Positions 56,828 through 64,000 of a stretch of 64,000 nucleotides of DNA are shown here, piece by piece (position 1 is the first letter of the stretch; each line of letters begins with the position of its first letter). Location of the stretch: the IMG/VR virus record IMGVR_UViG_3300043788_000169, positions 1-64,000 of that record; one strand, written 5' to 3'. The translations under genes were made by a program, and so were the position numbers. Below the pieces are notes generated by a model that was not told where the DNA came from, did no database searches, and saw only the letters and a list, made by a program, of their open reading frames with translations. Source of the DNA: a virus.

Positions 56828-57718
56828 ATGCGTAGGAAGATCTTTGGTCCGCGGCGCGTGATCGTCGTGGCCGCGCTGGCTACGGCCGGCGCGCTGGTCG
56901 CCATGGGAGCGGGCGCCAACACCGTCCCCAACGCCCGGGCCACCAATGCGAACGTCAACCCGGTCGCCGGGTACCTCGCCGTCGGCAATGACGTCAACGT
57001 GAACTTCGACCACGTCGAGGCGTACCTCGGTGCGCAGGACAACATCGGTGACCTGCAGCAGACCAACGCCAACGGCTTCGGCATCGGCCTGTGCAACAGC
57101 AACGTGGGCGGCTCTACCGGCCCGGCGGTGCAGATGGGTCTCGTGCACCTTCCCGACGGGAACTATCAGGTCGAGTACGGGTATGGCACGATCGCCCCGG
57201 CGAACGGTGCTCAGACCGACGGTGATAACTGCGAGGACGGCGCGCTGGGCAACTTCAATGCGCCAGCCTCGGCCACGGTCGACTCGCTCGGCCCGGAGTT
57301 CACCTTCGGGAACGTCGAGGAAGTGGAGATTCAGTACCTGCACGGTCGCGCGGACTTCTCCTACCGCCAGATCACCTCGGACAACCCCGGCCCGTGGTTC
57401 TCGACGGGCTGGATCTCGGTCGGCTTCAACTGCCAGTTCAACGAGGCTGAGATCGGCTCGGATGCCGACACCACCGGCCTCGTCGGGCCGCCTTCCCGCA
57501 CGCTGGCCCCGTTCGCTCACGCTTCGGTGACGTCGTTCACCTTCGCTCAGCACCACAGTGCTGACCAGGGATGGTTCGATGCAGCACCGAACGGTGAGTG
57601 GACCGCTCTGCAGGTGAACAGCTACCCGAACGGCAACAGCAGCGACTCGGCTGACCTGTCCGGCGAGGGCCTGCACAACGGCAACGGTGCCGTCTGGGAG
57701 GGTGTGCCGGTCGGATGA
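56828..57718 (+). CDS. secreted beta-rich protein, possibly peptidase G1/A4-like fold
   Basis: signal peptide, AGYLA, GIGL, VQMG; GGAGG RBS. Confidence 0.6.
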   Translation: MRRKIFGPRRVIVVAALATAGALVAMGAGANTVPNARATNANVNPVAGYLAVGNDVNVNFDHVEAYLGAQDNIGDLQQTNANGFGIGLCNSNVGGSTGPAVQMGLVHLPDGNYQVEYGYGTIAPANGAQTDGDNCEDGALGNFNAPASATVDSLGPEFTFGNVEEVEIQYLHGRADFSYRQITSDNPGPWFSTGWISVGFNCQFNEAEIGSDADTTGLVGPPSRTLAPFAHASVTSFTFAQHHSADQGWFDAAPNGEWTALQVNSYPNGNSSDSADLSGEGLHNGNGAVWEGVPVG

Positions 57719-57871
57719 CCCGCGATCAGTGGCTGGCGTTCTTGTTCATCGTGGCCATGGCGGTTGCCGCCGGGGCTGAAGTGATGACAGCGGGCCTGCC
57801 GTAGCGGCAACGGAGCCGATGACAGGGCGGAGGGCAACCCCCTCCGCCCTTCGTCATGTATGGAGGCTTCG

Positions 57872-58705
57872 GTGGCCAACCCGAACCATGTCCCGGGCAA
57901 GACGGGGCTGCTCCCGCGGGACACCGACAAGGCCATGCTGGTGGTGGAGCACTACGTCGCGGCCGGCGGCCTGACCGCGGTGACTCCGGCCATCGACGTC
58001 GACCGCGCGACCAAGGTCAGCGACTGGCCCATGTACTGCAACGGGCCCGATCCCGAGAACGAGACCGCCTGCCCCGGATCGCCTGATGGCTGCGGTGACT
58101 GCTTCTGGGCAGCGTGCGGGCACGAGATCACCGCGTTCACTGCCTACGCGGGCGCTGCCCCGGTTGTGGTCCCCGCCACTTCGGTGATCCGCGGCTACAG
58201 CTCGACCGGCTACAGCCCGCAGACCGGGGCGAACGACAACGGCACCGAGCCGACGCAGGGCCTGGCGTTCATGCGCTCGACCGGGCTGCTCGACTCGGCC
58301 GGCCACGCGCACAAGTACGAGGCGTACGCGGCCTTCGGTGATCCTACCGACGAGGAGCTGCTGGCTCAGGTGCTGAACACCTTCGGCACCGTGCTGCTCG
58401 CCGTCGAGCTGGACCAGGCCCAGGAGGACCAGTTCGGCAACGGCCAGCCGTGGACTTACGTGGCGGGCAGCCAGGATCTCGGCGGGCACATGATCTGCCT
58501 GCAGCGCCGGGCGCCCGCAAGCCAGCTGGACATCTACAAGCCCGTGACCTGGGGCGCGCTGTGGGAAGCGAACCGCGCCTTCATCCACAACCAGGTCATC
58601 GACGCGTACGCCGTCGTGTCCGCGGACTGGATCGCCGCGAACGGCACGACCATTGAGGGTCTCGACCTGCAGCAGCTGCTCGCTGACATGCCCGAGGTGG
58701 GCTGA
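57872..58705 (+). CDS. papain-like cysteine peptidase, candidate endolysin
   Basis: GDCFWAA..H, GGHMI, VTWG; followed by membrane proteins. Confidence 0.65.
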   Translation: MANPNHVPGKTGLLPRDTDKAMLVVEHYVAAGGLTAVTPAIDVDRATKVSDWPMYCNGPDPENETACPGSPDGCGDCFWAACGHEITAFTAYAGAAPVVVPATSVIRGYSSTGYSPQTGANDNGTEPTQGLAFMRSTGLLDSAGHAHKYEAYAAFGDPTDEELLAQVLNTFGTVLLAVELDQAQEDQFGNGQPWTYVAGSQDLGGHMICLQRRAPASQLDIYKPVTWGALWEANRAFIHNQVIDAYAVVSADWIAANGTTIEGLDLQQLLADMPEVG

Positions 58706-58710
58706 GCCCG

Positions 58711-59094
58711 GTGCACAGCGGAGAGCGCTCGTTCCGGCTGCTGCCGGAGCCCGGCTCGCCTGGCCGGGCACTGGCCCTGACGATTATCTGCGTGCTGGCC
58801 GCAGTTTTGCTGCTGGGCGGCTACTTCACGTGGAGTACAGGCAGCACCAACGCGCAGCTGGTGGCGACTAACCAGCGGCTGGCCGCTACCAACGTGAAGC
58901 TGCGGGAGGAGCAGGCAGCAGCTCAGAAAGGCGGGCTGCTGATCGAGAAGGCGATCTGCCTGGATATGGGAACGATGGCCGCTATCCCGCCGCCTGCGGG
59001 AGCGGGGGCCTCGAACCCGAGCCGGGCATACGAGCGGGCAGAGCACCGTGCGTGGCAAGGGCTGTTCGACGGCCTCAGGTGCGGGAAGACGTGA
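58711..59094 (+). CDS. membrane protein of lysis cassette
   Basis: N-terminal TM plus coiled coil. Confidence 0.6.
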   Translation: MHSGERSFRLLPEPGSPGRALALTIICVLAAVLLLGGYFTWSTGSTNAQLVATNQRLAATNVKLREEQAAAQKGGLLIEKAICLDMGTMAAIPPPAGAGASNPSRAYERAEHRAWQGLFDGLRCGKT

Positions 59095-59109
59095 CAGGGG
59101 AATGTTCAG

Positions 59110-59502
59110 ATGTCCGGGTCTAGCCTGGTCCCGCTCTATTACCTTTCGGGTATAGGTGTGGCTGTAGGCGGAGGCGTGGCCGGCGTGCGCAGTTACCTCG
59201 GACGGCAGCGCGAGAAGTGGCTGCAGGAGGGCGCCAAAGAGGCGGACCTCGCCAAGGTGCTGGAGGCTAACAGCCGGGTCGGGGCCGGCAACACCGAGGC
59301 CATCGACCGCATGTCGGTCGAGCTGCGGCGGGTGGGTGAGGATCTGCGCGCCTTCACCTCCGAGGCGTCACGCCGGCTGGACGCCGTGGACCGGCGCTTC
59401 GATACGGCAGACCAGCGCACCCAGGCGATTGAGGATGCGCTGTGGGGCCAGCGCGGGCGCCTGCCGGACCGAGGTATCCCCGGCCAGCCCGACCACATGT
59501 AG
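59110..59502 (+). CDS. holin-like membrane protein
   Basis: N-terminal TM plus coiled coil. Confidence 0.6.
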   Translation: MSGSSLVPLYYLSGIGVAVGGGVAGVRSYLGRQREKWLQEGAKEADLAKVLEANSRVGAGNTEAIDRMSVELRRVGEDLRAFTSEASRRLDAVDRRFDTADQRTQAIEDALWGQRGRLPDRGIPGQPDHM

Positions 59503-59510
59503 GAGGGGCT

Positions 59511-59747
59511 GTGGGGTTCTTGAGCAAGCATGCGGGCTTCATCACCATCATCTTTGTGATCGTGGCGGGCCTGCTGACGGTCGGCTTCTGCTACTGGATT
59601 GTGGCCAGCACCAAGGAATCGGTCTGCCGGCCGGTGCTCCGGCTGGTGGAGAAGCCGGAGCCGGTGGGTCTGACGCCTTCGCAGGCCGCGTCGTTCGAGT
59701 ACAACCACAGGACTTACGCGCAGCTGTACGTCGACCTTGGGTGCTAG
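59511..59747 (+). CDS. small membrane protein
   Basis: AGGAGG RBS, TM segment. Confidence 0.6.
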   Translation: MGFLSKHAGFITIIFVIVAGLLTVGFCYWIVASTKESVCRPVLRLVEKPEPVGLTPSQAASFEYNHRTYAQLYVDLGC

Positions 59748-59784
59748 CCGGTCCCCACGATAGCGTGCAGTATGGAGAACTGAG

Positions 59785-59964
59785 ATGCCTAAGATGGAAG
59801 ATTGGATGGAAGAGGGACGTGTTTACACGGATCTCGATCCCCTTGCCGTAGCTTATGCTGTGCGCCGACAGCGACTGTGGTATCGGCGTGTGTGGAAGAT
59901 TGCTAGGGCTGTCTTCCCCTATGCGGTGAGTGTCGCGGCGCTTATCGTTTCGGTGGTCAGGTGA
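59785..59964 (+). CDS. 59-aa protein with C-terminal TM segment
   Basis: GGAG RBS; MPKMEDW..SVAALIVSVVR. Confidence 0.45.
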   Translation: MPKMEDWMEEGRVYTDLDPLAVAYAVRRQRLWYRRVWKIARAVFPYAVSVAALIVSVVR

Positions 59965-59995
59965 GTCAGTAGTACGGGATCTCCGTATTACTGAC

Positions 59996-60589
59996 ATGAA
60001 ACGACTTGAGGTAGAAGGACAGCGCTTCGGCCGCTTGGTGGTTGTCTCCGAGGGCCCGAAGCAGAACGTCACTGAGAAGCGCCCAGAGGGTCTGCGCAGT
60101 GTCGTCTGTCAATGCGATTGCGGGAACCTGACCACGGTGCTCCTCATGAATCTGGTGGCCGGGAAGGTCACCTCCTGCGGCTGCGTCCGGAAAGAGCAGC
60201 TGGCCGCTCGTAACACAGCTACCAAAACGACGCACGGTGGGCGTCGGCACGAGCTGTACGCCACGTGGACAGGGATGCGGGCTCGCTGCCTCAATCCAGA
60301 TAACCCGGGGTACCGGAACTACGGCGGCCGGGGGATCGGGATAAGTCCGCGGTGGGTGAACGACTTCGCCACTTTCGTGGCTGACATCGAGGCAGAGATC
60401 GGCCCGCGGCCCGCCGGGAAGAGCCTCGACCGCAAGGACAATGATGGGAACTACGAGCAGGGGAACGTTCAGTGGGCTACGCCCCGGGAGCAAATGATCA
60501 ACCGGCGGTCGGTACATGTGCTGACGACCCGCATCCGGGATCTGGAGGCGGAGGTAGCGCGGCTCCACGCTTTGCTCGGTGAGTCCTAG
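59996..60589 (+). CDS. HNH-type homing endonuclease (second copy)
   Basis: GQRFGRL, CQCDCG, SCGC, YGGRGI, SLDRKDNDGNY..GNVQWAT. Confidence 0.87.
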   Translation: MKRLEVEGQRFGRLVVVSEGPKQNVTEKRPEGLRSVVCQCDCGNLTTVLLMNLVAGKVTSCGCVRKEQLAARNTATKTTHGGRRHELYATWTGMRARCLNPDNPGYRNYGGRGIGISPRWVNDFATFVADIEAEIGPRPAGKSLDRKDNDGNYEQGNVQWATPREQMINRRSVHVLTTRIRDLEAEVARLHALLGES

Positions 60590-60659
60590 CCGATAAGGAC
60601 AGCGACCAGGTTTCCTGCCCGGCCGCTGCGCGTGGCTGACTCGCTGGAGGTGATGTACT

Positions 60660-61341
60660 GTGGCAACACAGTACTTTTGAGGGTTTCAGCCTTTCCCACG
60701 CAGCTATCCTCGACGGAATCAACGGCGCCGAGGGGCAGACCATCTACGGTGTGCGCAACGGCACGCTGAGCACGGACAACGGGAACTTCGAGAACACCGG
60801 CGATAACGTCGTGCTCTCCGAATGGTTCTGGATCAACTTCGCGAACCTGACCATTGAGTCCGGATTCATCCCGTTCCCGACAATCGCGGACATCACTGGC
60901 CTGAGCACGGTGACCAACGGCGTCACGGTCACCTCCGGCGTCGACTCCTCGGGCACGGCCCCGAACGACTACTACGCGATCCCGCTGTGGACGCTGAACT
61001 CGATGAACACCGTGACCAAGCCGGTGGGCCTGCGAGTGCCGTCCAAGGACAACGCGGGCAACATCCGCACGCTGGACTTCGTGCTCTACCGGGTGCAGTT
61101 CCAGCCGTTCAACTTCACGGGTCCTTCGTACAAGAACGGCCTGACCACGTCGATCGCCGGCCGCGCGCTGTTCTCGACCTATAACGAGGTCGGGCTGGCC
61201 CTGCCGGTGGCCTACGGTGGCCCCGGCTTCGAGCCGGGCACCACGACTCAGGCGGGCATGAGCATCGGCCGCCTGATCTCCAGCCCGGGATCGCTGTCCG
61301 GCACGTTCACGACCGAGCCGTTCCAGAACCCGGCAATCTAG
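60660..61341 (+). CDS. major tail (tube) protein, needs a +1 frameshift near 60675-60680
   Basis: GGAGGTGA-N6-GTG MATQYF*; +1 frame continues EGFSLSHAAILDG..YGVR..; precedes chaperone and tape measure. Confidence 0.75.
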
Positions 61342-61344
61342 CCC

Positions 61345-61710
61345 ATGGCGTACTGGACTCCGCCGTTCCGGGACAGCAGGCATGCGCCCATGGCCGGGAC
61401 GGCGGGGTTCTGCTACGCAGACAACCAGCTGTGTGGCGGGGAGGACACTGCCGGGCAGGCGATCATCTGCCTATGCTGCCGGGCAGCGGCTGCGTCTTCC
61501 CCCGCAGTTCCGTCACCCGCTGGCTCCCCGGATGTCCCCATCGGGGAGCCAGCTCAGCCGGACCCGGCGCAGCCTGTGCTCACCGACCAGCCGCAGACCG
61601 CGGGCGAGCAGTCTGTGCAGCAGGCAGGCCAGGAGGGCATGGCCGAGCCCGGCTCTGGCGCCCTCGCTGACCCTGCGTGGCCGAACCGGCCGCCAGAGGT
61701 CCCGGTCTAG
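61345..61710 (+). CDS. hypothetical protein, Cys-rich N-terminus, Pro/Gln-rich tail
   Basis: 121-aa ORF. Confidence 0.5.
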   Translation: MAYWTPPFRDSRHAPMAGTAGFCYADNQLCGGEDTAGQAIICLCCRAAAASSPAVPSPAGSPDVPIGEPAQPDPAQPVLTDQPQTAGEQSVQQAGQEGMAEPGSGALADPAWPNRPPEVPV

Positions 61711-61757
61711 CCGATAGCCCCTCCCGTACGCCATCACGCGAGTCCCTGGGAGGGCCC

Positions 61758-62309
61758 ATGGCTGATTCTGATCTTGACCGGATCGACCCCGAGGGCGCCA
61801 TCATCGCCCTGCAGGATGGAACTGAGGTCCGTGTCGTCCGGCTCCGCACCCGGCAGTTCTTCCGGTTCCTGCGCATCCTCACCCACGGGGGCGGTGAGGC
61901 TCTGGTCCGGGCGATCGACTTTAACGCCCCGGCTGAGGAGTTCGCGCAGCGCCTGGCCATGGCCGTGCTGTTCTCGATCCCCGACGCCGAGAACGAGGCC
62001 ATCCTGTTCGTCCAGTCGATGTGCCGGCCCCCGGACGTCGCGGCCCCCGAGGTGCAGCGGCTGAGCGAGGACAAGGTCAAGGCCGACGACGCCAAGTACG
62101 GCGCTCTCGGTGTCAAGCTGGCCAACCCGGAGCTGGAGGACACGGTCACGATCATCGAGACGGTGATCAAGCAGGAGGCCGAGGACATCCAGGCACTGGG
62201 AAAGCGCCTCGCCGGCCTGCTGAAACTGGCGGACAGGACCGGCCAGCTGAAGCCAGGGACTCCGACCGAGCCGCCGACGCCAGCGGAGATGGCAGCAGCG
62301 GCCTCGTAG
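61758..62309 (+). CDS. tail assembly chaperone (gpG-like)
   Basis: RLRTRQFFRFLRILTHG; slippery GGGAAAG at 62198. Confidence 0.82.
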   Translation: MADSDLDRIDPEGAIIALQDGTEVRVVRLRTRQFFRFLRILTHGGGEALVRAIDFNAPAEEFAQRLAMAVLFSIPDAENEAILFVQSMCRPPDVAAPEVQRLSEDKVKADDAKYGALGVKLANPELEDTVTIIETVIKQEAEDIQALGKRLAGLLKLADRTGQLKPGTPTEPPTPAEMAAAAS

Positions 62310-62884
62310 GCGCATACGCCGTCATCTTCGACCGGATCAGCGCCGAGTACGGATGGCCCGATGAGCGGATCCTCGACCTCACTCTCGGCCGCCTCCGTCA
62401 GGTCAGCGAGGCCATCGGCCGCCGTCTCCAGATGGAGGAGGAGGTCCGGCTCAAGGCCCTGGAGTGGCAGACCAAGACCCTGTGCCACTTCATCGCGGCC
62501 ACGGTGCAGTTCGACCTGGATAAGACCGGCGGCCGTAATCCGCTGTCTGACCTTGCCGCTGAGATCTCGATCCGGCCCCCTGCGAAGTCCCCGGAAGACG
62601 ATGAACTGGACAGGATGCGTGGCGAGCCTGACGGCTGGGTCACGCACGAGGAAGGGATGCGGCGGATGCGCAAGGCAGCAGGCGGCTCGGCCGCTCCCTC
62701 CCGCGCGACCGACACGCTGACCGTGGACGCCGACGGCAACGTGACCGGCTCCGCGCTCACCTCTGAGCTGGCGCCGGAGGAGCAGGCAGCGGCCGACGCC
62801 AACGCGCCCGGCAGTTTCGAGGCGTTCATGCTGGCCTTCGGCGGCGGCGGGACACCCCCGCCGCGGGGGCCCATCCCCTCCTAG
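62198..62884 (+). CDS. -1 frameshift extension of tail chaperone (gpGT-like)
   Basis: -1 frame open to 62884; FDRISAEYGWPDERILDL. Confidence 0.8.
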   Translation, partial: GKAPRRPAETGGQDRPAEARDSDRAADASGDGSSGLVGAYAVIFDRISAEYGWPDERILDLTLGRLRQVSEAIGRRLQMEEEVRLKALEWQTKTLCHFIAATVQFDLDKTGGRNPLSDLAAEISIRPPAKSPEDDELDRMRGEPDGWVTHEEGMRRMRKAAGGSAAPSRATDTLTVDADGNVTGSALTSELAPEEQAAADANAPGSFEAFMLAFGGGGTPPPRGPIPS

Positions 62885-62922
62885 CGGAGGACATGCAGGT
62901 GCGGTAGAGCGGGAGGTGAGAC

Positions 62923-64000
62923 GTGGCTGACGACTACGACGTCATCTACCGCGCGCTTGCTGACTTCTCCCAGCTGACCACCGCGGCCGCCAAGGCCCGC
63001 GAAGACCTCAAGAGCATGCAGGAGGCTGCTCGCGAGGAGTCCGCCGAGGAGACCCGCGGGGCAGCCGAGTCCGCTGCTGCGCACGACCGGGACACCGCGG
63101 CGATCAAGCGTCAGCGGGACGCGCTGGTCGAGCTGGCCGCCACGTCCAAGGCCGCGAACAAAGAGACCACGTTCGGCGGCCGGGACTCGATGCAGGCGCA
63201 TCTGTCCGACCTGGACGCGGAGCGCCAGAAGGAAGACCTGCTCAACCGCACCCGCTGGGGCGGGATGTCCAACCCGCAGAGCTGGGAGGCGTGGCAGCAG
63301 CAGGTCTGGCAGCACCAGATCATCCGGAACAAGGAAGCCCGGCAGGGTTACGCCACCCCGGACCAGTACCTGAGCTACCTGGACCAGGAGCGCTCGCGGA
63401 TCCAGGCCCAGACCGACGCTATGAAGAGCCGGTCCGGGGCCATCGCGTCCGAGGCCCAGGCCCTGCAGGCCCACAACGACGCGCTGAGGGGCGCGCACGA
63501 GTCCGCGGGCACCCTCGGTACCACCGGGACGCAGAACATCCAGGGCTGGACCTCAGCGCTCGCCGGGGTGCCCACCGACCTCACCACCCGGGTGCGCTTC
63601 GATGATGCCGAGGCCATGCGAGAGGGTGAGCGCTACCGCGCCTCGCTCGCGGGGGCGCCCGGCCAGATCATCACCACCGCCCGGCTCGATCTCGGCACTT
63701 ACCTCTCGGACATCGCCCGGCTCAAGCGCATGGCTGCGCTGGCCGGGCAGCCCGAGGGACCGCTGCCGTCGCTGTCCAGCTACACGCTGTCCGGCCCTGC
63801 GACGGCCGCCGGGCCGGGGATGCTCACGCCGGAGGCCATGCGCCGAATCCAGGCCGGGATCGAGGGCTACCAGGCCCCGCGCAACCAGTTCACCCCGCTG
63901 GAGCAGTACGAGCTGCGCAAGGCGGTCTCGACCTACCAGCCAGCGGGCACCTATCTCCCCGGCTACACGCCGTCGGCTCCGCCCGGCTTCCCTGCCGAGG
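62923..64000 (+). CDS. tape measure protein, N-terminal part (runs off window)
   Basis: GGAGGTGA RBS; VIYRALADFSQL; helical Ala-rich; follows chaperone. Confidence 0.8.
   Translation, partial: MADDYDVIYRALADFSQLTTAAAKAREDLKSMQEAAREESAEETRGAAESAAAHDRDTAAIKRQRDALVELAATSKAANKETTFGGRDSMQAHLSDLDAERQKEDLLNRTRWGGMSNPQSWEAWQQQVWQHQIIRNKEARQGYATPDQYLSYLDQERSRIQAQTDAMKSRSGAIASEAQALQAHNDALRGAHESAGTLGTTGTQNIQGWTSALAGVPTDLTTRVRFDDAEAMREGERYRASLAGAPGQIITTARLDLGTYLSDIARLKRMAALAGQPEGPLPSLSSYTLSGPATAAGPGMLTPEAMRRIQAGIEGYQAPRNQFTPLEQYELRKAVSTYQPAGTYLPGYTPSAPPGFPAE

Noticed and set aside
59750-60680. Group I intron carrying the HNH and explaining the tail gene's broken start
   Set aside because: No upstream exon or recognisable intron core; the tail gene has its own promoter element and SD.

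Overview
High-GC segment of a large tailed (siphovirus-like) phage or prophage; gene content and codon style suggest an actinobacterial host. Essentially all credible genes are on the + strand. Order: replication/recombination genes (SbcD, Cas4-like nuclease, beta clamp, split SbcC, DnaX, MazG), a large radical SAM-DUF2344-like fusion, an NDP-sugar/glycosyltransferase/methyltransferase cluster, an array of 36 hand-folded tRNA genes (all 20 amino acids) with interspersed structured RNAs, head genes (terminase, portal, MuF, protease, decoration, capsid), neck genes, about 17 kb of accessory and lysis genes (NADAR, FHA, Rpf-like, two HNH), then tail tube, frameshifted tail chaperone and the start of the tape measure gene. 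Most striking observations: (1) 13 of 36 tRNAs carry C at the near-invariant U33; (2) circularly permuted tRNA-like genes in the array; (3) a sigma28/WhiG-like CCGAT element 9-10 nt before many late-gene start codons; (4) the tail tube gene needs a +1 shift at TTT TGA; (5) a palindromic operator over three TTGACA promoters; (6) a shared hydrophobic-E-L-A motif in candidate internal head proteins. All calls come from motif recognition by eye; no searches were run.
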